NCBI GenBank assembly: GCA_963663385.2
Contig: CAXXXD010000002.1
Coordinates: 704,001 to 768,000, forward strand
DNA length: 64,000 nt
From: Oceanispirochaeta sp.
GTDB taxonomy: Bacteria > Spirochaetota > Spirochaetia > DSM-2461
Reading direction: 5' to 3'
Position 1 is the stretch's first letter, and the number at the start of each line of letters is the position of its first letter. The position numbers and the translations under genes were made by a program. Shown here piece by piece: positions 40,282-50,449 of this stretch. Below the pieces are notes generated by a model that saw only the letters and a program-made list of their open reading frames with translations, did no database searches and was not told the DNA's origin.

Positions 40282-41295
40282 GTGAAAAAAATATTAAAAT
40301 ATCATGAAACATATTTGCTGATGATAATTGTACTGTTGTCAATTGTGATAACAACGAAGAATGCGAATTTCTTCACAGCCGAAAATATGTTTGATCTGCT
40401 GAAAAGCAATTCGTTTGTAGGAATTATGGCCATAGGTGTCCTTCTGGTTCTCATCTCCGGAGGTATTGATATCTCTTTTGCCGCAATCGCTACGGTAAGC
40501 GAATATATAATGGCTGTTACGATAATCCGGATAGGAGGAACAATCTTTTCTGCAGTGGCTATTGCTGTTCTGATCGGCACCCTTCTCGGGTTTCTGAACG
40601 GGTATCTGATCTATCGCTTCCGGATTCCTCCCATTATAACAACTATTGCAACAATGAATATCTACTATGGCCTGCTGATTGTCATAACAGGGGGTAAATG
40701 GATCTATTCTCTGCCGGACTGGTTCCGTTCATTTGCAGAAATACGCCTCTTTACACTTCAGAACGCCAACGGGAACCCCTACGGGCTCTCTGTTATTACG
40801 GTAATCTGGATTCTGGTAATCCTGGCCGCTGTCGTTATACTCCGTTTTACCATTCTGGGGCGCGGTATCTATGCGCTGGGCGGAGACAGGAACTCTGCTG
40901 TCCGCGTAGGATTCAATGTCTTTCTGACCGAAACCTTTGTCTACTCTTTTCTGGGGTTCATGGCCGGTCTGGCCGGTGTCGTTCAGGCTCTTCTGGTTCA
41001 GACGGTTGCCCCCAATTCGATAGTCGGAAAGGAACTGGATGTAATTGCCGCTGTTGTTCTGGGCGGGGCAAGCCTTTCCGGCGGCAAGGGTAGTGTTCCC
41101 GGTGCCATCCTGGGAGTGGCTCTTCTGGCTATTCTGAAAAACGGTATGACCATGATGGCCGTCCCTGCCGTATGGTATGAGTTCTTCGTTGGCGCTGTAA
41201 TCCTGATCAGTATCGGATTCAGTTCATACCAGGAGAAGAAAAAACAGGGAAATACAACAATTATTGATGTGAAAGGGCAGGAAGAGGTATGTTGA
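40282..41295 (+). CDS. Sugar ABC transporter permease
   Basis: [39 protein letters not shown]. Confidence 0.92.
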   Translation: MKKILKYHETYLLMIIVLLSIVITTKNANFFTAENMFDLLKSNSFVGIMAIGVLLVLISGGIDISFAAIATVSEYIMAVTIIRIGGTIFSAVAIAVLIGTLLGFLNGYLIYRFRIPPIITTIATMNIYYGLLIVITGGKWIYSLPDWFRSFAEIRLFTLQNANGNPYGLSVITVIWILVILAAVVILRFTILGRGIYALGGDRNSAVRVGFNVFLTETFVYSFLGFMAGLAGVVQALLVQTVAPNSIVGKELDVIAAVVLGGASLSGGKGSVPGAILGVALLAILKNGMTMMAVPAVWYEFFVGAVILISIGFSSYQEKKKQGNTTIIDVKGQEEVC

Positions 41296-42275
41296 AAATA
41301 AATACAAAGAAAACTCCCGAGTTAAAAATACTTTCTCTTATCCTGGTCGGGGCATTTGTTCTGATGGCTATTCTTAGTCCGCGGGATTTCCTGAGGATCG
41401 GCACCTTTCAGGGCATGGCCTACCAGCTTCCGGAATTGGGACTGCTGTCTCTGGCCATGATGATCTCCATGCTGACCGGTGGAATCAATCTATCCATTAT
41501 TGCCACAACAAATATTTCCGCCATTACGGCGGCCATGATACTGACCTCCCGTATTGATCCCGCAGCGGCATCGTCCGGGGATGGGATGGTTATTGTCCTT
41601 GCCATTCTGGCCGCACTTCTTGTATCGGTTCTGGTGGGATTCATCAACGGGGTTCTGATCTCGGTAATCAATATCCCTCCCATTCTGGCTACTCTGGGAA
41701 CTATGAAACTCCTGCAGGGATTAGCTTTTATCGTGACTAGAGGGTATGTTATTTCCGGTATGCCGAAGGCGGTTATCCTGATTGGAAACGGGATGCTCCT
41801 GGGAATTCCGATTCCCCTCTTTATATTTGCGTTCTTTGCCTGGTTAATGGCTTTCTATCTGAACCATACCGCAACGGGTTTTAATATCTTTCTTTTCGGT
41901 TCAAACTCTATCGCTACTTTCTTTTCCGGAGTCAATAACAGAAAAGTGATTATCCAGACCTACATGCTGTCCGGGCTCTACTGCGGCGTGGCGGCACTGG
42001 TTATGATGTCCCGTTTCAATTCCGCCAAAGCCGGTTATGGCGAGTCTTATCTGCTGGTTACAATCCTTGCAGCCGTTTTAGGAGGCGTGAAAAGTGAAGG
42101 CGGATTCGGTACTGTAACCGGTCTGGTCCTTGCATTGGTTATCCTTCAGATTGTGGCGAATGGTTTGAATCTTATCGGTATCAGTTCGTTCCTTACCATG
42201 GCTATCTGGGGATTTATCATGATTACGGTTATGGTAATCCATTTTCTGAACAGTAAGAAAGCAATCCGGCAGTAG
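41289..42275 (+). CDS. Sugar ABC transporter permease
   Basis: [32 protein letters not shown]. Confidence 0.92.
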   Translation: MLKINTKKTPELKILSLILVGAFVLMAILSPRDFLRIGTFQGMAYQLPELGLLSLAMMISMLTGGINLSIIATTNISAITAAMILTSRIDPAAASSGDGMVIVLAILAALLVSVLVGFINGVLISVINIPPILATLGTMKLLQGLAFIVTRGYVISGMPKAVILIGNGMLLGIPIPLFIFAFFAWLMAFYLNHTATGFNIFLFGSNSIATFFSGVNNRKVIIQTYMLSGLYCGVAALVMMSRFNSAKAGYGESYLLVTILAAVLGGVKSEGGFGTVTGLVLALVILQIVANGLNLIGISSFLTMAIWGFIMITVMVIHFLNSKKAIRQ

Positions 42276-42294
42276 GAAAACAGCAGGAGGTAAC

Positions 42295-43773
42295 ATGAGT
42301 AGTAGTTTACAGAATATAGTAGCATTCGATTGCGGGAATTCTTCTGTCCGGGTGGTTTCCGGCTTGTTTGACGGAAAGTCAGTCGAAACCAGGGTTGTGC
42401 ATCAGGTTCCCAATGAAGCAATCAATATAAACGGAGTCTTCTACTGGGATATCCTCTATATCTTCAGGGAACTGCAGAAGGGCCTGCAGAAAGCCTACCT
42501 GGAATACGGTCCAATTGAATCGGTAGGTATATCAACCTGGGGAATTGATTTCGGACTTCTGGGCGAGTCGGGGCAGCTGTTGGGCAATCCCCTCTGTTAC
42601 CGGAACACCTTTGGACAGTCCGTACTGGATGTGCTCCCGGAAAGTGAAAAAAGGAGGACGTTCAAGGCTACGGGGATTCCGGAACATCCGATGAATTCCC
42701 TCTATCAGCTATTGGGAATTCGCCGGTACCTTCCGGAGTATTATAAAAACGCCAGAAAAATGCTTTTAATTCCCGATCTGCTGGCCTATCTCTTTACAGG
42801 GGTTATCCAGGGCGAACCGACAATCGCGAGTACAACGCAGATGATGGACATGCGGGAGCATTGCTATACGGATGATGTCTTTGAGCAGTTCGATATCGAT
42901 TCATCCCTTTTTCCCGAACTGACAAATCACGGCATTGTTTACGGGGAACTGAAAGAGGAGCTGGCGGACAGCCTTAAAATCAACCGCTGTCCCTTTATCA
43001 GTGTCCCCTCCCATGATACGGCCTCAGCGGTTGTTTCCGTTCCGGCCGGGTCGGAGGACTTCCTCTTTATCTCATCCGGTACCTGGTCTCTGATCGGAAC
43101 CGAACTCTCCGATCCGGTTATTAATGATCAGGTTTATGCCAGAGGATTTGCCAATGAGGGAGGCGCTTTCGGAACCATAACTCTCCTTAAAAACTCGGCG
43201 GGGATGCATATCCTGCAGAATGTGAAACGGGACCTGGAGAAATCCGGCAGAAAATATTCCTGGGATGAACTGGTGGATATGGCAACTGCCTGTGAGAGTC
43301 ATGTTCCGATTTTTAACCCCAATGATCCTGTCTTCTTCAACCCCCATGAGATGTCCGCCGCTATCAGGAGCTATACGGGGAAAGACCTGGAGGATGGAGA
43401 AGTGCTGGCATCGGCCTATTTATCCCTGGCCTGCAGCTATAAACACAGTATTGAACAGATTGAAGAGATTACCGGTCGGGAGTACAGGAAGGTGCATATC
43501 ATAGGAGGCGGCTGCCGTAATGACAACCTGAACCAGTATACCGCCGATTTATGCTCTAAAACGGTGGTGGCCGGGCCCGATGAGGCTACATCACTGGGAA
43601 ATATCGGTGTTCAACTGAAGAAAAACAGCCCGGACCTGTCTTTAATGGATATCCGGAATATTCTGAAACGGTCCATTCCCGTGAACTCCTTCAGTCCTTC
43701 CGATCGCGAGGATCGAAGTAAAATGATGAAGGGGTATTACGATTCCTATCTGAAGCTGGAGGGAATTGAATAG
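42295..43773 (+). CDS. FGGY carbohydrate kinase, rhamnulokinase-like (copy 2)
   Basis: AFDCGNSS, TWGIDFG, SHDTASAV, SSGTWSLIG, FANEGG. Paralogue of 34173-35579. Confidence 0.9.
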   Translation: MSSSLQNIVAFDCGNSSVRVVSGLFDGKSVETRVVHQVPNEAININGVFYWDILYIFRELQKGLQKAYLEYGPIESVGISTWGIDFGLLGESGQLLGNPLCYRNTFGQSVLDVLPESEKRRTFKATGIPEHPMNSLYQLLGIRRYLPEYYKNARKMLLIPDLLAYLFTGVIQGEPTIASTTQMMDMREHCYTDDVFEQFDIDSSLFPELTNHGIVYGELKEELADSLKINRCPFISVPSHDTASAVVSVPAGSEDFLFISSGTWSLIGTELSDPVINDQVYARGFANEGGAFGTITLLKNSAGMHILQNVKRDLEKSGRKYSWDELVDMATACESHVPIFNPNDPVFFNPHEMSAAIRSYTGKDLEDGEVLASAYLSLACSYKHSIEQIEEITGREYRKVHIIGGGCRNDNLNQYTADLCSKTVVAGPDEATSLGNIGVQLKKNSPDLSLMDIRNILKRSIPVNSFSPSDREDRSKMMKGYYDSYLKLEGIE

Positions 43774-43776
43774 ACT

Positions 43777-44466
43777 TCAGTCCCGAATCCCCGATGAATA
43801 AACCGCGTGGGGGCGTCCCACGTCGCTGTATTCGAAGCTTTTCTGAATCTCTCCCTGGTTGTGGAGGTACTCCAGGTACCGCCGGGCCGTAATACGGGAG
43901 AGGTTCAGCTTTTCCGCCATTTCCTGGATGGTTACCCTTCGATTCTGCACCAGAAAGAACTCCTCTACTTTCTGCAGTGTAAAGGAGCTGATCCCCTTGT
44001 CCAGGTTCCGGGGAGGACCTTCTTTCTGCTCTGTCTGCATCAGGCTGTCAACCGCTGAGGAAGGGATACTCTCCCCCGCATCCAGCCTGAGGCGGTAGTT
44101 CCTGTATTTATCCAAAGCCTGAATCAGTCTCTCCTTTGAAAAAGGTTTCATAATATAATCGAAGGTCCCGGCCCGGACTGCTTTCATCACAGTTTCTCCG
44201 TCGCTGGCCGCTGTGATCAGGATGATATCCGTGTTATACTCCCTTTCCCGGATCTCTTTTGAGAGTTCCAGACCGGAGATATCCGGCAGATAGACGTCCA
44301 CCAGGGCGAGATCCACCGGGTGTTCTTCCAGATAATCCAGAGCGTCCCGGCCTTTCAGTTGGACCGAAACTACCTGAAATCCCTCAATGCTCCTTATGAT
44401 CTCTTCGTTGATAGAGGCCACGTGGAAGTCGTCTTCTACAATCATTACTGTAAATTCTCTTGTCAT
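43777..44466 (-). CDS. CitB/DcuR/MalR-type response regulator
   Basis: IVEDD, LVDVYLPDISG, DYIMKPF, KGIS..TL, SRITARRYLEYL, VGRP. Confidence 0.9.
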   Translation of the reverse strand: MTREFTVMIVEDDFHVASINEEIIRSIEGFQVVSVQLKGRDALDYLEEHPVDLALVDVYLPDISGLELSKEIREREYNTDIILITAASDGETVMKAVRAGTFDYIMKPFSKERLIQALDKYRNYRLRLDAGESIPSSAVDSLMQTEQKEGPPRNLDKGISSFTLQKVEEFFLVQNRRVTIQEMAEKLNLSRITARRYLEYLHNQGEIQKSFEYSDVGRPHAVYSSGIRD

Positions 44467-44471
44467 ATTTT

Positions 44472-46049
44472 CTAACCTGTGTTTGCCTTCAGACCTGCTG
44501 CAGGGAGGCGGACCCTGAATAGGCATCCCCCTCCGGAACTCTCATATTCTACTGTACCGCAGCGTTTTTCTGTCAGTTTTTTTACCAGACTCAGGCCCAT
44601 GCCCCTTTTCCGGGAGCTTCCCTTTGTGGATATCCCCTCCTGAAAGATATCCACATCGGGACCGGCGTGAATCCCTCCTCCATTATCGCCAACTTCCATA
44701 TAGAGTTCCCTGTCTGTCATAACCAGAAAAATATCAATCCGGGTCGGGGCTTCATCGATGGCATTCTGAATCAGGTTCCCCATAATTGAGACAATATCGT
44801 TCAGCGCTCCTTTTTCCAGCGTCGGGATTTCCGTATCAGGGTTGAGTATGACTTCGATCCCTTTTTCTTCGGCATCCCGGATTTTTGCCAGGATCAGCCC
44901 CGACAGACCGGGATCCCTGATGTTTTCCAGAATAAAATCGCTGATCTCCTGCTGATACTCTGTTATGGAATTGATAAACTCCACTGCTTCCCGTTGTTTT
45001 CCCAGCTGCATCATGCCCGAAATAACCTGCAGGTGATTCAGGTGTTCATGATGCTGGGCCCGAAGGGCATTGATATAGCTTCTAACCTCCGTCAGCTCTT
45101 CAGCGAGGTTCTGAATTTCACTCATATCGCGGAAGGTGGCAACGGCGCCGATCAATCTGCCCTGATGAAACAGAGGTATCCGGTTGGCCATTATATGGAT
45201 ATTGTTAATTACCAGTTCGCTGTCAAGCAGAGCTTTCTCTGAGGCGATGACATCCGGGAGCCGGGACTGGGGGATGACCGACAGTACAGCCTTTCCCATG
45301 GGGTCTCCGCTGATCCTCAGGATTCTGCAGGCCTGTTCGTTAATCAGAATGATTTTCCCCTCCGTATCGATAGCCAGGATCCCCTCCCGTATGGAAGCTG
45401 TAATGGTATTGTGCTGGGTCAGTAGGTTGGCAATCTCTTCAGGTTCCAGACCGTATATGCTCTTTTTTACATGCCTTGCCAGTAAAAGAGCTCCCAGAAC
45501 AACAATAATGGTACCCACGGCGGCCACAAGGTAGAGTATACGGTTGATAACCAGCTGGATTTCCTTCAGGTTTTCCAGAAGAACCCCAACCACAACGACT
45601 CCTATAATTTCCCCGTTCCGGGATCTGACCGGTTCAAAGGCCCGGATGGACGTTCCCAGGGTCCCCTGGGCTATGGACGTGTAGGACTTTCCCTTTAATG
45701 CCGCCAGTTCGTCTCCTCCTACAAAATGTCTGCCGATCCTTTTCGGATCGGGGTGACTGTACCGGAGGGAATCCCGGTTGATGACGACAATGAAACTGAC
45801 ATCCGTACGCCTCTGCATTCCCAGGGTCAGAGGCTGCAGTATCCGGGAGGGATCCTCCTCTCCGAAGGCTTCGATGAGTCTGGGATCTTCCGAGATAAGG
45901 CTGGCCGTCGCCCTGACTTTCTCCCCGCCGTCTTTTACAATCTGCCGTTCCATTACAATCTGTATAATCGCTGTCTGCAGGAGGAGCGCCAGAAACAGGA
46001 TCGACAGGGTGAGCAGGAATATTTTCAGGTTGAGGGATATAGGTTTCAT
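44472..46049 (-). CDS. CitA/DcuS/MalK-type sensor histidine kinase
   Basis: sCache RYSHP...GGDE...GTLG.SIR, PAS domain, LRAQHHEHLNHL, GNLIQNA, GISTKG, GMGL. Confidence 0.92.
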   Translation of the reverse strand: MKPISLNLKIFLLTLSILFLALLLQTAIIQIVMERQIVKDGGEKVRATASLISEDPRLIEAFGEEDPSRILQPLTLGMQRRTDVSFIVVINRDSLRYSHPDPKRIGRHFVGGDELAALKGKSYTSIAQGTLGTSIRAFEPVRSRNGEIIGVVVVGVLLENLKEIQLVINRILYLVAAVGTIIVVLGALLLARHVKKSIYGLEPEEIANLLTQHNTITASIREGILAIDTEGKIILINEQACRILRISGDPMGKAVLSVIPQSRLPDVIASEKALLDSELVINNIHIMANRIPLFHQGRLIGAVATFRDMSEIQNLAEELTEVRSYINALRAQHHEHLNHLQVISGMMQLGKQREAVEFINSITEYQQEISDFILENIRDPGLSGLILAKIRDAEEKGIEVILNPDTEIPTLEKGALNDIVSIMGNLIQNAIDEAPTRIDIFLVMTDRELYMEVGDNGGGIHAGPDVDIFQEGISTKGSSRKRGMGLSLVKKLTEKRCGTVEYESSGGGCLFRVRLPAAGLKANTG

Positions 46050-46087
46050 CTTATTTCAGAATAGGGGCTGTGATTCCCGGGGTCAAC

Positions 46088-46130
46088 AAAAAAAGGCATG
46101 CTCCGCAAACCGGGGCCTGCGGAGCATACC
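46088..46130 (-). terminator. Rho-independent terminator after the transporter gene
   Basis: ggcatgctccgca...tgcggagcatacc stem with an A7 tract (U tract on the minus strand). Confidence 0.75.
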
Positions 46131-46167
46131 TGAATAGGCTGATAGATGTTACACTAACCGGTTAATA

Positions 46168-47490
46168 CTAGATGATTCCCAGAAGGGCTGTGGCCAGGAT
46201 CAGCATAAAGGCGCCTCCGATCCGGGACGATATCTGGGCAAAGGGCATAAGTTCCATCCTTTTGGAAGCGGAGAGAACGGCTACATCTCCGGTCCCGCCC
46301 ATATTGGCCATGCAGAGACCAGCCGTAATAGCCGACTCAATGGGGTAGAATCCCAGAAGGCGGCCCACCAGTCCGGAACCGATTACAGCCCCAATGAGCG
46401 TAACGGCAACCAGTACGATATAACTGAAAGAGAGGGCATTGATTACGGCGTTGAGATCCGTATAGGCAATCCCGATCCCGACCAGAAGAGCGGGGGTCAT
46501 AACGACCATGATAAAGCGGAACCATTGAAAGGCGCCGATTTCATATTCCCGCGGCAGGATTCCCAGAGCCTTTACGACGGCTACGGAAATGATCATCAGG
46601 GCGTAGGAGTGTATGGGGATAAAGGAGCCCAGGATTTTCCCCCAGGCAAAGAATGCCGTGGAGAGAAGCAGGCCGATACCCATAACCACATAATCCGGGT
46701 TCAGGAGGGCGTCCCTGTTTTCATCTTCGGGAACGTCTTTCTTATCAGCGCCCGGGAGGAGGAGGTTCCCGTTCCCTGTAAGGTTCTGCCGTTTCTTTCC
46801 GATCTTATCCAGGATTCCCGCTGTTACGATGGCCAGGGCGTTTCCCAGAGCAAGAGCCGGAACCATTTTGGAAAGCATCTGGGCCGTATCAATCCTGAGG
46901 GCGTCTCCGAAAATCTGGGAGAGGGGGACCGCGCCGGCTCCCATTCCGCCACCCATAATGGGAACGGCAATATAGAGCATCGCCTCTTTTCCGCCGTATC
47001 CGATCACTGTTCCTACCAGAAAGGTCAGGCCAAGGGCAAAGACGACTCCTCCCAGGATAGCGGGTAGATAGCGGATAGAGGCTTTTATCAGCAGGTTCCT
47101 GTTCATCCCCAGAATACTACCGGTAATGAGGGCGGCAATATAAAAACTGAGGAACCCCTCTCCCTTCATGAAGTTGACAACAATAGTTGATGTCGCTTCG
47201 GGGATTATTCCATAGGTCGCCAGGGCGGCCGAGCCGAAAATAACAACAATGGCGCCGCCTCCCAGATAATCCTTGACAATGGGAGTCCTGTTTCCGATCT
47301 CATTGAGAATAGCTCCCAGTATGATGGTCAGGGGGAATGCTCCGATCATCCCCTTGGGAAGGGCTCCCAGGTACATGGCTGAAAATACAATAGCCGATAA
47401 CAGGGCAAACAGAGGGAGTTTGACTCCCGCCAGTGTGAACCCTTTCATGGTATCCGAAGGGACTCTATTTATTACAGCGGTTTGACTCAT
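46168..47490 (-). CDS. 2-hydroxycarboxylate (malate/citrate):cation symporter, 2-HCT family
   Basis: PIMGGGMGAGAVPLS, GLCMANMGGTGDVAVLSA, MPFAQISSRIGG motifs. Confidence 0.92.
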   Translation of the reverse strand: MSQTAVINRVPSDTMKGFTLAGVKLPLFALLSAIVFSAMYLGALPKGMIGAFPLTIILGAILNEIGNRTPIVKDYLGGGAIVVIFGSAALATYGIIPEATSTIVVNFMKGEGFLSFYIAALITGSILGMNRNLLIKASIRYLPAILGGVVFALGLTFLVGTVIGYGGKEAMLYIAVPIMGGGMGAGAVPLSQIFGDALRIDTAQMLSKMVPALALGNALAIVTAGILDKIGKKRQNLTGNGNLLLPGADKKDVPEDENRDALLNPDYVVMGIGLLLSTAFFAWGKILGSFIPIHSYALMIISVAVVKALGILPREYEIGAFQWFRFIMVVMTPALLVGIGIAYTDLNAVINALSFSYIVLVAVTLIGAVIGSGLVGRLLGFYPIESAITAGLCMANMGGTGDVAVLSASKRMELMPFAQISSRIGGAFMLILATALLGII

Positions 47491-47785
47491 CCTTTTTCTC
47501 CTTTTTCGGGAACAGAAAAAGCTGAACCCGTTTAATGGTAGGTTCAGTATAGGAGCCATACCCTCTGTGAACTAAATGAATTAAAAGATTTTTAGGATGA
47601 AAGCCCTGTCTGGAAACAGAAGCTTCCTCCGATCACTCCTGTTGGAAGCTGAATCATAGAAAACGGCATTCCTGTAAGCAGACGCTTAACAGGACTTACC
47701 TGTTCAGGAGAATTTATCCGGCTGTTTATATTGTGTTCAACTATAATATCTTTTAAGATCAGATAATATAAAAAGTCATATCAGG

Positions 47786-49693
47786 TTGGGGATGATCAGA
47801 AAAAAGCATTTATCAGAAACTCTGATTTTTATTCTTCTTGCAGTTTTGATTCTTTCTCTACTCATTACAGGAGCCGCTGCTTCCTTCTTTTACACGAATC
47901 GCCAAACTGAAAACAAGTCGATATATTTTCCGCACTACCTGCTGCTGGAATCGGAGCGGGATGAGGGCGCTCATCTTGATTTAAAGACTGCCGATAGGGG
48001 CGTAATCGATTACAGGGGAGGCCCGCTTCCGGTAGGTACGGAATATAAAGATAAAATGTACACCTTTAAAACCGTTTTTCAACTCCCCGACACGGCAGAT
48101 GAAACGGATTGGGCTCTTTATGCCGGACTGTTTGAATACCCGTATCGTCTATACCTTAACGGGTATGAGATTTACAAAAAAGGTTGTTATCTGTCATCCC
48201 GGTATAACTCAAGTCTGCGAATGGTAAATAGTGTCTACCTGTCTCCGGATCTGTTAAAGAAAAATGCGCTTAACGAACTTGTTCTTGAAATATATCCGGC
48301 TTATGAAACATGGGGGCTGGATACCCTGTATATCGACTCCAGAGCTGCAGTGGCAAAAGCTGTTTTTATACGGAATTTTATTGGTGTCCATTTTCTGCAG
48401 GGGGCATTTGTTCTTTCCCTGGTTATTGGGATATATTTCATCACCCTGTTCCTTGTTATCAAGGGGAATACAAAAAAATATATCTATTTTGCCTTTTTTG
48501 CCTTTTTCTTTTGCTCTGTCTATTTCAATGTTGTTAGCTATTACGAATCCAACAATGAGATCGTATTGGAATCCCTATCAAAATCCTCAATGATTCTGCT
48601 TTCAGCCTCTCTGCTTTTCTTTATAAGAGAGTTTACAAAACTTCTGTATGGGAAGAAACTCTTCTGGGGTTTTATATTGTTCAGCAGCCTTATGGGATTT
48701 GTGTTTGTATTCTGCCAGAATGATAAAGAGTCCCTCCTCAGAGTCTTCGGGTATTTTCTCAATTTTATGATTATTCCCCAGATGCTGGTTGCATCGGGTA
48801 TGATCCTGTATTACGGGATAAAGATGAAGGGCGCTTTCTTCTGGCCCATACTGATCTCTTTTTCAATTATTATTCTGACCATGATTCATGACGCCTATTA
48901 CTTTATTAATATGATGCTGCCTTATGCCTGGATGATGACCTACGGATTCTTTGCCATGGTCGTAGGGATTTTTGTTTCATTGGTAGAAGAACAATCCTCT
49001 ATATATAAAACCTCAATACAACAAGCCCGTGATCTGGAAGTCAAACAAAACAGTAATGAAAAGCTGAACCGGAAATTAATTCAATTAAACAATAATCTGG
49101 AATCGCTTGTTGAAGAAAAAACCGCAGACCTGAAGAACACCATCGAGCTGCTCAACTATGAAATCAGGGAAAGAGAAAACGTTTCGGAACAATTACGGCA
49201 GCAGGCTTCTACCGATTCCCTTACAGGGATTCTGAACCGGAACTATGGTATCTCTTTTCTGGAAAAACAGATGGCATTAATTAAACGTAGAGGAAGCCGT
49301 TTAGTCGTTTGTTTTATCGATCTTAACGATTTAAAAATGGTGAATGACACACTCGGCCACAAATGGGGAGATGTTTTCATTACGGATACAGCCCGGCTGA
49401 TTACTTCAATACTGAGGGATTCGGATGTTCTCTGCCGGCTGGGCGGTGATGAGTATATGGCCATTCTCTCTGATACCAGTATGGATGAGGCTGTAATTAT
49501 TTTTAAGCGGGTTCTTGCTCTTGTGGATGAATATAACTCTAACGAAGAAAACCCCTATACCTTGAGTTTCAGTTTCGGATTTGCGGAATACGGAGATCCC
49601 TGGATTATACAATCTCAAGAACTGATAGAGAAGGCGGATCAGGAAATGTATAAGGCAAAGCAGCAGTATAGAAAAAAACGAACCGGCTCATAG
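47786..49693 (+). CDS. Membrane diguanylate cyclase (extracytoplasmic domain + about 7 TM + GGDEF)
   Basis: TDSLTGILNR, IDLNDLKMVNDTLGH, RDSD I-site, RLGGDEY. Confidence 0.9.
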   Translation: MGMIRKKHLSETLIFILLAVLILSLLITGAAASFFYTNRQTENKSIYFPHYLLLESERDEGAHLDLKTADRGVIDYRGGPLPVGTEYKDKMYTFKTVFQLPDTADETDWALYAGLFEYPYRLYLNGYEIYKKGCYLSSRYNSSLRMVNSVYLSPDLLKKNALNELVLEIYPAYETWGLDTLYIDSRAAVAKAVFIRNFIGVHFLQGAFVLSLVIGIYFITLFLVIKGNTKKYIYFAFFAFFFCSVYFNVVSYYESNNEIVLESLSKSSMILLSASLLFFIREFTKLLYGKKLFWGFILFSSLMGFVFVFCQNDKESLLRVFGYFLNFMIIPQMLVASGMILYYGIKMKGAFFWPILISFSIIILTMIHDAYYFINMMLPYAWMMTYGFFAMVVGIFVSLVEEQSSIYKTSIQQARDLEVKQNSNEKLNRKLIQLNNNLESLVEEKTADLKNTIELLNYEIRERENVSEQLRQQASTDSLTGILNRNYGISFLEKQMALIKRRGSRLVVCFIDLNDLKMVNDTLGHKWGDVFITDTARLITSILRDSDVLCRLGGDEYMAILSDTSMDEAVIIFKRVLALVDEYNSNEENPYTLSFSFGFAEYGDPWIIQSQELIEKADQEMYKAKQQYRKKRTGS

Positions 49694-49727
49694 CATCGAA
49701 GGATGAACCGGCTTTTTTCAACACCCT

Positions 49728-50315
49728 TCAGGGTTTATAGAGCATGTGCAGTTCAAGAGCAGTCCCCAGAACCATGCCATCCCTGTATTCATCAGATAAA
49801 AGGGGAGAGTAGAAAAGCTTTATCCCCGGCATCCAGCTTCTGTTTTCCCCCGGAAATTGTCTCCCTAAAAAACCGCTGAAAAGGGGGCCCCAGGCAAAAA
49901 AGTCCTCCCCCCTGTCATCCATGGAAGATTTATAGTCAGGCCCGTAGTGGAATACCACACCCAGTCCTCCTCCCAGAATAAAATGGGGTTCCTCCAATTT
50001 GCCAAGGTGGTGTTCGTAGGACATCTGCGGTTCGAACTGAAGCATCTGGAAGGCCGCGCCAAAGAGAATCGGGCGCATAATCGGAATATTAAGAGCCAGA
50101 TTGTCCCTGTCCCCAACGGGAAAACGGATATCCGCGTATACATCCATAATCGGGCCGCCCTTAACGCCCGCATCCGACCCGACGCACATCCTCACATCAT
50201 CATAACGGCCTCCAGCCAGAATATGCAGGCCGTATGTAACCGGTCTACCGGTTTCTGCGGGCAGGCCTGCTGAAACATACAGAAAAAGAACCGGGAATAG
50301 TACAAACTTTTTCAT
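49728..50315 (-). CDS. Exported hypothetical protein (possible small beta-barrel)
   Basis: Signal peptide MKKFVLFPVLFLYVSAGLPA, RBS aaggag, amphipathic strands. Confidence 0.7.
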   Translation of the reverse strand: MKKFVLFPVLFLYVSAGLPAETGRPVTYGLHILAGGRYDDVRMCVGSDAGVKGGPIMDVYADIRFPVGDRDNLALNIPIMRPILFGAAFQMLQFEPQMSYEHHLGKLEEPHFILGGGLGVVFHYGPDYKSSMDDRGEDFFAWGPLFSGFLGRQFPGENRSWMPGIKLFYSPLLSDEYRDGMVLGTALELHMLYKP

Positions 50316-50449
50316 GGTAAACTCCTTGAATTGTTACTTAGACAATAGGCCAGAATCGGGAAATAGGCAAATTCAGCTTCTGTCTCTGCGGGTTTCCTTC
50401 CATTCCGGTTGTTTTTTTTCTTCCAAACCTCCTATTATTAAGTACTCTT

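Noticed and set aside
37682..43773. A canonical lsr AI-2 quorum-sensing operon
   Set aside because: The SBP is LsrB-like, but there is no lsrF, lsrG or SorC-type lsrR, and the kinase is rhamnulokinase-like.
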